DNA from: the human T2T-CHM13v2.0 reference genome, Homo sapiens
Assembly: GCF_009914755.1 (NCBI RefSeq)
Contig: NC_060925.1
Reading direction: 5' to 3' (one strand)
DNA length: 64,000 bases
The translations under genes were made by a program, and so were the position numbers. The first letter of the stretch is position 1. Every line of letters begins with the position of its first letter. Positions 25,601 to 37,600 of this stretch are shown here, one piece after another. Under the pieces are notes generated by a model, which searched no databases, was not told the origin of the DNA, and saw only the letters and a list, made by a program, of their open reading frames with translations.

Positions 25601-28600
25601 TAGAGCATTTGACTGTAGATAGCGGCAGATGGTCACGGGAGTTTAGCTCGGGCTAGCGCATTTGACTGCAGATAGCGGCAGATGATCACGGGAGTTTAGC
25701 TCGGGCTAGCGCATTTGACTGTAGATAGCGGCAGATGGTCACGGGAGTTTAGCTCGGGCTAGCGCATTTGACTGTAGATAGCGGCAGATGGTCACGGGAG
25801 TTTAGCTCGGGCTAGAGCATTTGACTGTAGATAGCGGCAGATGGTCACGGGAGTTTAGCTCGGGCTAGCGCATTTGACTGTAGATAGCGGCAGATGGTCA
25901 CGGGAGTTTAGCTCGGGCTAGCGCATTTGACTGTAGATAGCGGCAGATGGTCACGGGAGTTTAGCTCGGGCTAGAGCATTTGACTGCAGATAGCGGCAGA
26001 TGGTCCCGGGAGTTTAGCTCGGGCTAGAGCATTTGACTGTAGATAGCGGCAGATGGTCACGGGAGTTTAGCTCGGGCTAGCGCATTTGACTGTAGATAGC
26101 GGCAGATGGTCACGGGAGTTTAGCTCGGGCTAGAGCATTTGACTGTAGATAGCGGCAGATGGTCACGGGAGTTTAGCTCGGGCTAGCGCATTTGACTGTA
26201 GATAGCGGCAGATGGTCACGGGAGTTTAGCTCGGGCTAGCGCATTTCACTGTAGATAGCGGCAGATGGTCACGGGAGTTTAGCTCGGGCTAGAGCATTTG
26301 ACTGTAGATAGCGGCAGATGGTCACGGGAGTTTAGCTCGGGCTAGCGCATTTGACTGTAGATAGCGGCAGATGGTCACGGGAGTTTAGCTCGGGCTAGCG
26401 CATTTGACTGTAGATAGCGGCAGATGGTCACGGGAGTTTAGCTCGGGCTAGAGCATTTGACTGTAGATAGCGGCAGATGGTCACGGGAGTTTAGCTCGGG
26501 CTAGAGCATTTGACTGTAGATAGCGGCAGATGGTCACGGGAGTTTAGCTCGGGCTAGCGCATTTGACTGTAGATAGCGGCAGATGGTCACGGGAGTTTAG
26601 CTCGGGCTAGAGCATTTGACTGTAGATAGCGGCAGATGGTCACGGGAGTTTAGCTCGGGCTAGAGCATTTGACTGTAGATAGCGGCAGATGGTCACGGGA
26701 GTTTAGCTCGGGCTAGAGCATTTGACTGTAGATAGCGGCAGATGGTCACGGGAGTTTAGCTCGGGCTAGAGCATTTGACTGTAGATAGCGGCAGATGGTC
26801 ACGGGAGTTTAGCTCGGGCTAGAGCATTTGACTGTAGATAGCGGCAGATGGTCACGGGAGTTTAGCTCGGGCTAGAGCATTTGACTGTAGATAGCGGCAG
26901 ATGGTCACGGGAGTTTAGCTCGGGCTAGAGCATTTGACTGTAGATAGCGGCAGATGGTCACGGGAGTTTAGCTCGGGCTAGAGCATTTGACTGTAGATAG
27001 CGGCAGATGGTCACGGGAGTTTAGCTCGGGCTAGCGCATTTGACTGTAGATAGCGGCAGATGGTCACGGGAGTTTAGCTCGGGCTAGCGCATTTGACTGC
27101 AGATAGCGGCAGATGGTCACGGGAGTTTAGCTCGGGCTAGCGCATTTGACTGCAGATAGCGGCAGATGGTCACGGGAGTTTAGCTCGGGCTAGCGCATTT
27201 GACTGTAGATAGCGGCAGATGGTCACGGGAGTTTAGCTCGGGCTAGCGCATTTGACTGTAGATAGCGGCAGATGGTCACGGGAGTTTAGCTCGGGCTAGC
27301 GCATTTGACTGTAGATAGCGGCAGATGGTCACGGGAGTTTAGCTCGGGCTAGAGCATTTGACTGTAGATAGCGGCAGATGGTCACGGGAGTTTAGCTCGG
27401 GCTAGAGCATTTGACTGTAGATAGCGGCAGATGGTCACGGGAGTTTAGCTCGGGCTAGCGCATTTGACTGTAGATAGCGGCAGATGGTCACGGGAGTTTA
27501 GCTCGGGCTAGAGCATTTGACTGTAGATAGCGGCAGATGGTCCCGGGAGTTTAGCTCGGGCTAGAGCATTTGACTGTAGATAGCGGCAGATGGTCCCGGG
27601 AGTTTAGCTCGGGCTAGAGCATTTGACTGCAGATAGCGGCAGATGGTCACGGGAGTTTAGCTCGGGCTAGCGCATTTGACTGTAGATAGCGGCAGATGGT
27701 CACGGGAGTTTAGCTCGGGCTAGAGCATTTGACTGTAGATAGCGGCAGATGGTCACGGGAGTTTAGCTCGGGCTAGAGCATTTGACTGTAGATAGCGGCA
27801 GATGGTCACGGGAGTTTAGCTCGGGCTAGCGCATTTGACTGTAGATAGCGGCAGATGGTCACGGGAGTTTAGCTCGGGCTAGAGCATTTGACTGTAGATA
27901 GCGGCAGATGGTCCCGGGAGTTTAGCTCGGGCTATAGCATTTGACTGTAGATAGCGGCAGATGGTCCCGGGAGTTTAGCTCGGGCTAGAGCATTTGACTG
28001 CAGATAGCGGCAGATGGTCACGGGAGTTTAGCTCGGGCTAGAGCATTTGACTGTAGATAGCGGCAGATGGTCACGGGAGTTTAGCTCGGGCTAGAGCATT
28101 TGACTGTAGATAGCGGCAGATGGTCCCGGGAGTTTAGCTCGGGCTAGAGCATTTGACTGTAGATAGCGGCAGATGGTCCCGGGAGTTTAGCTCGGGCTAG
28201 AGCATTTGACTGTAGATAGCGGCAGATGGTCACGGGAGTTTAGCTCGGGCTAGAGCATTTGACTGTAGATAGCGGCAGATGGTCACGGGAGTTTAGCTCG
28301 GGCTAGCGCATTTGACTGTAGATAGCGGCAGATGGTCACGGGAGTTTAGCTCGGGCTAGCGCATTTGACTGTAGATAGCGGCAGATGGTCACGGGAGTTT
28401 AGCTCGGGCTAGAGCATTTGACTGTAGATAGCGGCAGATGGTCACGGGAGTTTAGCTCGGGCTAGCGCATTTGACTGTAGATAGCGGCAGATGGTCACGG
28501 GAGTTTAGCTCGGGCTAGCGCATTTGACTGTAGATAGCGGCAGATGGTCACGGGAGTTTAGCTCGGGCTAGAGCATTTGACTGTAGATAGCGGCAGATGG

Positions 28601-31600
28601 TCACGGGAGTTTAGCTCGGGCTAGAGCATTTGACTGTAGATAGCGGCAGATGGTCACGGGAGTTTAGCTCGGGCTAGCGCATTTGACTGTAGATAGCGGC
28701 AGATGGTCACGGGAGTTTAGCTCGGGCTAGAGCATTTGACTGTAGATAGCGGCAGATGGTCACGGGAGTTTAGCTCGGGCTAGAGCATTTGACTGTAGAT
28801 AGCGGCAGATGGTCACGGGAGTTTAGCTCGGGCTAGAGCATTTGACTGTAGATAGCGGCAGATGGTCACGGGAGTTTAGCTCGGGCTAGAGCATTTGACT
28901 GTAGATAGCGGCAGATGGTCACGGGAGTTTAGCTCGGGCTAGAGCATTTGACTGTAGATAGCGGCAGATGGTCACGGGAGTTTAGCTCGGGCTAGAGCAT
29001 TTGACTGTAGATAGCGGCAGATGGTCACGGGAGTTTAGCTCGGGCTAGAGCATTTGACTGTAGATAGCGGCAGATGGTCACGGGAGTTTAGCTCGGGCTA
29101 GAGCATTTGACTGTAGATAGCGGCAGATGGTCACGGGAGTTTAGCTCGGGCTAGAGCATTTGACTGTAGATAGCGGCAGATGGTCACGGGAGTTTAGCTC
29201 GGGCTAGAGCATTTGACTGTAGATAGCGGCAGATGGTCACGGGAGTTTAGCTCGGGCTAGCGCATTTGACTGTAGATAGCGGCAGATGGTCACGGGAGTT
29301 TAGCTCGGGCTAGCGCATTTGACTGGAGATAGCGGCAGATGGTCACGGGAGTTTAGCTCGGGCTAGCGCATTTGACTGCAGATAGCGGCAGATGGTCACG
29401 GGAGTTTAGCTCGGGCTAGCGCATTTGACTGTAGATAGCGGCAGATGGTCACGGGAGTTTAGCTCGGGCTAGCGCATTTGACTGTAGATAGCGGCAGATG
29501 GTCACGGGAGTTTAGCTCGGGCTAGAGCATTTGACTGTAGATAGCGGCAGATGGTCACGGGAGTTTAGCTCGGGCTAGCGCATTTGACTGTAGATAGCGG
29601 CAGATGGTCACGGGAGTTTAGCTCGGGCTAGCGCATTTCACTGTAGATAGCGGCAGATGGTCACGGGAGTTTAGCTCGGGCTAGAGCATTTGACTGTAGA
29701 TAGCGGCAGATGGTCACGGGAGTTTAGCTCGGGCTAGCGCATTTGACTGTAGATAGCGGCAGATGGTCACGGGAGTTTAGCTCGGGCTAGAGCATTTGAC
29801 TGTAGATAGCGGCAGATGGTCACGGGAGTTTAGCTCGGGCTAGAGCATTTGACTGTAGATAGCGGCAGATGGTCACGGGAGTTTAGCTCGGGCTAGAGCA
29901 TTTGACTGTAGATAGCGGCAGATGGTCACGGGAGTTTAGCTCGGGCTAGAGCATTTGACTGTAGATAGCGGCAGATGGTCACGGGAGTTTAGCTCGGGCT
30001 AGCGCATTTGACTGTAGATAGCGGCAGATGGTCACGGGAGTTTAGCTCGGGCTAGCGCATTTGACTGTAGATAGCGGCAGATGGTCACGGGAGTTTAGCT
30101 CGGGCTAGCGCATTTGACTGTAGATAGCGGCAGATGGTCACGGGAGTTTAGCTCGGGCTAGCGCATTTCACTGTAGATAGCGGCAGATGGTCACGGGAGT
30201 TTAGCTCGGGCTAGCGCATTTGACTGTAGATAGCGGCAGATGGTCACGGGAGTTTAGCTCGGGCTAGCGCATTTGACTGTAGATAGCGGCAGATGGTCAC
30301 GGGAGTTTAGCTCGGGCTAGCGCATTTGACTGTAGATAGCGGCAGATGGTCACGGGAGTTTAGCTCGGGCTAGAGCATTTGACTGTAGATAGCGGCAGAT
30401 GGTCACGGGAGTTTAGCTCGGGCTAGAGCATTTGACTGTAGATAGCGGCAGATGGTCACGGGAGTTTAGCTCGGGCTAGCGCATTTGACTGTAGATAGCG
30501 GCAGATGGTCACGGGAGTTTAGCTCGGGCTAGAGCATTTGACTGTAGATAGCGGCAGATGGTCCCGGGAGTTTAGCTCGGGATAGAGCATTTGACTGTAG
30601 ATAGCGACAGATGGTCACGGGAGTTTAGCTCGGGCTAGAGCATTTGACTGTAGATAGCGGCAGATGGTCACGGGAGTTTAGCTCGGGCTAGAGCATTTGA
30701 CTGTAGATAGCGGCAGATGGTCACGGGAGTTTAGCTCGGGCTAGAGCATTTGACTGTAGATAGCGGCAGATGGTCACGGGAGTTTAGCTCGGGCTAGAGC
30801 ATTTGACTGTAGATAGCGGCAGATGGTCACGGGAGTTTAGCTCGGGCTAGAGCATTTGACTGTAGATAGCGGCAGATGGTCACGGGAGTTTAGCTCGGGC
30901 TAGAGCATTTGACTGTAGATAGCGGCAGATGGTCACGGGAGTTTAGCTCGGGCTAGAGCATTTGACTGTAGATAGCGGCAGATGGTCACGGGAGTTTAGC
31001 TCGGGCTAGCGCATTTGACTGTAGATAGCGGCAGATGGTCACGGGAGTTTAGCACGGGCTAGAGCATTTGACTGTAGATAGCGGCAGATGGTCACGGGAG
31101 TTTAGCTCGGGCTAGAGCATTTGACTGCAGATAGCGGCAGATGGTCACGGGAGTTTAGCTCGGGCTAGCGCATTTGACTGTAGATAGCGGCAGATGTTCA
31201 CGGGAGTTTAGCTCGGGCTAGAGCATTTGACTGTAGATAGCGGCAGATGGTCACGGGAGTTTAGCTCGGGCTAGCGCATTTGACTGTAGATAGCGGCAGA
31301 TGGTCACGGGAGTTTAGCTCGGGCTAGAGCATTTGACTGTAGATAGCGGCAGATGGTCACGGGAGTTTAGCTCGGGCTAGAGCATTTGACTGTAGATACC
31401 GGCAGATGGTCACGGGAGTTTAGCTCGGGCTAGCGCATTTGACTGTAGATAGCGGCAGATGGTCACGGGAGTTTAGCTCGCCCTAGAGCATTTGACTGTA
31501 GATAGCGGCAGATGGTCCCGGGAGTTTAGCTCGGGCTAGAGCATTTGACTGTAGATAGCGGCAGATGGTCACGGGAGTTTAGCTCGGGCTAGAGCATTTG

Positions 31601-34600
31601 ACTGCAGATAGCGGCAGATGGTCACGGGAGTTTAGCTCGGGCTAGAGCATTTGACTGTAGATAGCGGCAGATGGTCACGGGAGTTTAGCTCGGGCTAGAG
31701 CATTTGACTGTAGATAGCGGCAGATGGTCACGGGAGTTTAGCTCGGGCTAGAGCATTTGACTGTAGATAGCGGCAGATGGTCACGGGAGTTTAGCTCGGG
31801 CTAGCGCATTTGACTGTAGATAGCGGCAGATGGTCACGGGAGTTTAGCTCGGGCTAGCGCATTTGACTGTAGATAGCGGCAGATGGTCACGGGAGTTTAG
31901 CTCGGGCTAGAGCATTTGACTGCAGATAGCGGCAGATGGTCACGGGAGTTTAGCTCGGGCTAGCGCATTTGACTGTAGATAGCGGCAGATGGTCACGGGA
32001 GTTTAGCTCGGGCTAGAGCATTTGACTGTAGATAGCGGCAGATGGTCACGGGAGTTTAGCTCGGGCTAGCGCATTTGACTGTAGATAGCGGCAGATGGTC
32101 ACGGGAGTTTAGCTCGGGCTAGAGCATTTGACTGTAGATAGCGGCAGATGGTCACGGGAGTTTAGCTCGGGCTAGCGCATTTGACTGTATATAGCGGCAG
32201 ATGGTCACGGGAGTTTAGCTCGGGCTAGCGCATTTGACTGTAGATAGCGGCAGATGGTCCCGGGAGTTTAGCTCGGGCTAGAGCATTTGACTGTAGATAG
32301 CGGCAGATGGTCCCGGGAGTTTAGCTCGGGCTAGAGCATTTGACTGTAGATAGCGGCAGATGGTCACGGGAGTTTAGCTCGGGCTAGAGCATTTGACTGT
32401 AGATAGCGGCAGATGGTCACGGGAGTTTAGCTCGGGCTAGAGCATTTGACTGTAGATAGCGGCAGATGGTCACGGGAGTTTAGCTCGGGCTAGAGCATTT
32501 GACTGTAGATAGCGGCAGATGGTCACGGGAGTTTAGCTCGGGCTAGAGCATTTGACTGTAGATAGCGGCAGATGGTCACGGGAGTTTAGCTCGGGCTAGA
32601 GCATTTGACTGTAGATAGCGGCAGATGGTCACGGGAGTTTAGCTCGGGCTAGAGCATTTGACTGTAGATAGCGGCAGATGGTCACGGGAGTTTAGCTCGG
32701 GCTAGAGCATTTGACTGTAGATAGCGGCAGATGGTCACGGGAGTTTAGCTCGGGCTAGCGCATTTGACTGTAGATAGCGGCAGATGGTCACGGGAGTTTA
32801 GCTCGGGCTAGAGCATTTGACTGCAGATAGCGGCAGATGGTCACGGGAGTTTAGCTCGGGCTAGCGCATTTGACTGTAGATAGCGGCAGATGGTCACGGG
32901 AGTTTAGCTCGGGCTAGAGCATTTGACTGTAGATAGCGGCAGTTGGTCACGGGAGTTTAGCTCGGGCTAGAGCATTTGACTGTAGATAGCGGCAGATGGT
33001 CACGGGAGTTTAGCTCGGGCTAGCGCATTTGACTGTAGATAGCGGCAGATGGTCACGGGAGTTTAGCTCGGGCTAGAGCATTTGACTGTAGATAGCGGCA
33101 GATGGTCACGGGAGTTTAGCTCGGGCTAGAGCATTTGACTGTAGATAGCGGCAGATGGTCACGGGAGTTTAGCTCGGGCTAGCGCATTTGACTGTAGATA
33201 GCGGCAGATGGTCACGGGAGTTTAGGTCGGGCTAGAGCATTTGACTGTAGATAGCGGCAGATGGTCACGGGAGTTTAGCTCGGGCTAGCGCATTTGACTG
33301 TAGATAGCGGCAGATGGTCACGGGAGTTTAGCTCGGGCTAGCGCATTTGACTGTAGATAGCGGCAGATGGTCACGGGAGTTTAGCTCGGGCTAGAGCATT
33401 TGACTGTAGATAGCGGCAGATGGTCACGGGAGTTTAGCTCGGGCTAGCGCATTTGACTGTAGATAGCGGCAGATGGTCACGGGAGTTTACCTCGGGCTAG
33501 CGCATTTGACTGTAGATAGCGACAGATGGTCACGGGAGTTTAGCTCGGGCTAGCGCATTTGACTTTAGATAGCGGCAGATGGTCACGGGAGTTTAGCTCG
33601 GGCTAGAGCATTTGACTGTAGATAGCGGCAGATGGTCACGGGAGTTTAGCTCGGGCTAGCGCATTTGACTGGAGATAGCGGCAGATGGTCACGGGAGTTT
33701 AGCTCGGGCTAGAGCATTTGACTGCAGATAGCGGCAGATGGTCACGGGAGTTTAGCTCGGGCTAGCGCATTTGACTGTAGATAGCGGCAGATGGTCACGG
33801 GAGTTTAGCTCGTGCTAGCGCATTTGACTGTAGATAGCGGCAGATGGTCACGGGAGTTTAGCTCGGGCTAGAGCATTTGACTGTAGATAGCGGCAGATGG
33901 TCACGGGAGTTTAGCTCGGGCTAGAGCATTTGACTGTAGATAGCGGCAGATGGTCACGGGAGTTTAGCTCGGGCTAGAGCATTTGACTGTAGATAGCGGC
34001 AGATGGTCACGGGAGTTTAGCTCGGGCTAGAGCATTTGACTGTAGATAGCGGCAGATGGTCACGGGAGTTTAGCTCGGGCTAGCGCATTTGACTGTAGAT
34101 AGCGGCAGATGGTCACGGGAGTTTAGCTCGGGCTAGAGCATTTGACTGTAGATAGCGGCAGATGGTCACGGGAGTTTAGCTCGGGCTAGCGCATTTGACT
34201 GTAGATAGCGGCAGATGGTCACGGGAGTTTAGCTCGGGCTAGAGCATTTGACTGTAGATAGCGGCAGATGGTCACGGGAGTTTAGCTCGGGCTAGAGCAT
34301 TTGACTGTAGATAGCGGCAGATGGTCACGGGAGTTTAGCTCGGGCTAGCGCATTTGACTGTAGATAGCGGCAGATGGTCACGGGAGTTTAGCTCGGGCTA
34401 GCGCATTTGACTGTAGATAGCGGCAGATGGTCACGGGAGTTTAGCTCGGGCTAGCGCATTTGACTGTAGATAGCGGCAGATGGTCACGGGAGTTTAGCTC
34501 GGGCTAGAGCATTTGACTGTAGATAGCGGCAGATGGTCACGGGAGTTTAGCTCGGGCTAGCGCATTTGACTGTAGATAGCGGCAGATGGTCACGGGAGTT

Positions 34601-37600
34601 TAGCTCGGGCTAGCGCATTTGACTGTAGATAGCGGCAGATGGTCACGGGAGTTTAGCTCGGGCTAGCGCATTTGACTGTAGATAGCGGCAGATGGTCACG
34701 GGAGTTTAGCTCGGGCTAGAGCATTTGACTGTAGATAGCGGCAGATGGTCACGGGAGTTTAGCTCGGGCTAGAGCATTTGACTGTAGATAGCGGCAGATG
34801 GTCACGGGAGTTTAGCTCGGGCTAGCGCATTTGACTGTAGATAGCGGCAGATGGTCACGGGAGTTTAGCTCGGGCTAGAGCATTTGACTGTAGATAGCGG
34901 CAGATGGTCCCGGGAGTTTAGCTCGGGATAGAGCATTTGACTGTAGATAGCGACAGATGGTCACGGGAGTTTAGCTCGGGCTAGAGCATTTGACTGTAGA
35001 TAGCGGCAGATGGTCACGGGAGTTTAGCTCGGGGTAGAGCATTTGACTGTAGATAGCGGCAGATGGTCACGGGAGTTTAGCTCGGGCTAGAGCATTTGAC
35101 TGTAGATAGCGGCAGATGGTCACGGGAGTTTAGCTCGGGCTAGAGCATTTGACTGTAGATAGCGGCAGATGGTCACGGGAGTTTAGCTCGGGCTAGAGCA
35201 TTTGACTGTAGATAGCGGCAGATGGTCACGGGAGTTTAGCTCGGGCTAGAGCATTTGATTGTAGATAGCGGCAGATGGTCACGGGAGTTTAGCTCGGGCT
35301 AGCGCATTTGACTGTAGATAGCGGCAGATGGTCACGGGAGTTTAGCTCGGGCTAGAGCATTTGACTGTAGATAGCGGCAGATGGTCACGGGAGTTTAGCT
35401 CGGGCTAGAGCATTTGACTGCAGATAGCGGCAGATGGTCACGGGAGTTTAGCTCGGGCTAGCGCATTTGACTGTAGATAGCGGCAGATGTTCACGGGAGT
35501 TTAGCTCGGGCTAGAGCATTTGACTGTAGATAGCGGCAGATGGTCACGGGAGTTTAGCTCGGGCTAGCGCATTTGACTGTAGATAGCGGCAGATGGTCAC
35601 GGGAGTTTAGCTCGGGCTAGAGCATTTGACTGTAGATAGCGGCAGATGGTCACGGGAGTTTAGCTCGGGCTAGAGCATTTGACTGTAGATAGCGGCAGAT
35701 GGTCACGGGAGTTTAGCTCGGGCTAGCGCATTTGACTGTAGATAGCGGCAGATGGTCACGGGAGTTTAGCTCGCCCTAGAGCATTTGACTGTAGATAGCG
35801 GCAGATCGTCCCGGGAGTTTAGCTCGGGCTAGAGCATTTGACTGTAGATAGCGGCAGATGGTCCCGGGAGTTTAGCTCGGGCTAGAGCATTTGACTGCAG
35901 ATAGCGGCAGATGGTCACGGGAGTTTAGCTCGGGCTAGAGCATTTGACTGTAGATAGCGGCAGATGGTCACGGGAGTTTAGCTCGGGCTAGAGCATTTGA
36001 CTGTAGATAGCGGCAGATGGTCACGGGAGTTTAGCTCGGGCTAGAGCATTTGACTGTAGATAGCGGCAGATGGTCACGGGAGTTTAGCTCGGGCTAGCGC
36101 ATTTGACTGTAGATAGCGGCAGATGGTCACGGGAGTTTAGCTCGGGCTAGAGCATTTGACTGTAGATAGCGGCAGATGGTCACGGGAGTTTAGCTCGGGC
36201 TAGAGCATTTGACTGCAGATAGCGGCAGATGGTCACGGGAGTTTAGCTCGGGCTAGCGCATTTGACTGTAGATAGCGGCAGATGGTCACGGGAGTTTAGC
36301 TCGGGCTAGAGCATTTGACTGTAGATAGCGGCAGATGGTCACGGGAGTTTAGCTCGGGCTAGCGCATTTGACTGTAGATAGCGGCAGATGGTCACGGGAG
36401 TTTAGCTCGGGCTAGCGCATTTGACTGTAGATAGCGGCAGATGGTCACGGGAGTTTAGCTCGGGCTAGAGCATTTGACTGTAGATAGCGGCAGATGGTCC
36501 CGGGAGTTTAGCTCGGGCTAGAGCATTTGACTGTAGATAGCGGCAGATGGTCACGGGAGTTTAGCTCGGGCTAGAGCATTTGACTGTAGATAGCGGCAGA
36601 TGGTCACGGGAGTTTAGCTCGGGCTAGCGCATTTGACTGTAGATAGCGGCAGATGGTCACGGGAGTTTAGCTCGGGCTAGAGCATTTGACTGTAGATAGC
36701 GGCAGATGGTCCCGGGAGTTTAGCTCGGGCTAGAGCATTTGACTGTAGATAGCGGCAGATGGTCACGGGAGTTTAGCTCGGGCTAGAGCATTTGACTGTA
36801 GATAGCGGCAGATGGTCACGGGAGTTTAGCTCGGGCTAGAGCATTTGACTGTAGATAGCGGCAGATGGTCACGGGAGTTTAGCTCGGGCTAGAGCATTTG
36901 ACTGTAGATAGCGGCAGATGGTCACGGGAGTTTAGCTCGGGCTAGAGCATTTGACTGTAGATAGCGGCAGATGGTCACGGGAGTTTAGCTCGGGCTAGAG
37001 CATTTGACTGTAGATAGCGGCAGATGGTCACGGGAGTTTAGCTCGGGCTAGCGCATTTGACTGTAGATAGCGGCAGATGGTCACGGGAGTTTAGCTCGGG
37101 CTAGAGCATTTGACTGCAGATAGCGGCAGATGGTCACGGGAGTTTAGCTCGGGCTAGCGCATTTGACTGTAGATAGCGGCAGATGGTCACGGGAGTTTAG
37201 CTCGGGCTAGAGCATTTGACTGTAGATAGCGGCAGATGGTCACGGGAGTTTAGCTCGGGCTAGAGCATTTGACTGTAGATAGCGGCAGATGGTCACGGGA
37301 GTTTAGCTCGGGCTAGCGCATTTGACTGTAGATAGCGGCAGATGGTCACGGGAGTTTAGCTCGGGCTAGAGCATTTGACTGTAGATAGCGGCAGATGGTC
37401 ACGGGAGTTTAGCTCGGGCTAGAGCATTTGACTGTAGATAGCGGCAGATGGTCACGGGAGTTTAGCTCGGGCTAGCGCATTTGACTGTAGATAGCGGCAG
37501 ATGGTCACGGGAGTTTAGCTCGGGCTAGAGCATTTGACTGTAGATAGCGGCAGATGGTCACGGGAGTTTAGCTCGGGCTAGCGCATTTGACTGTAGATAG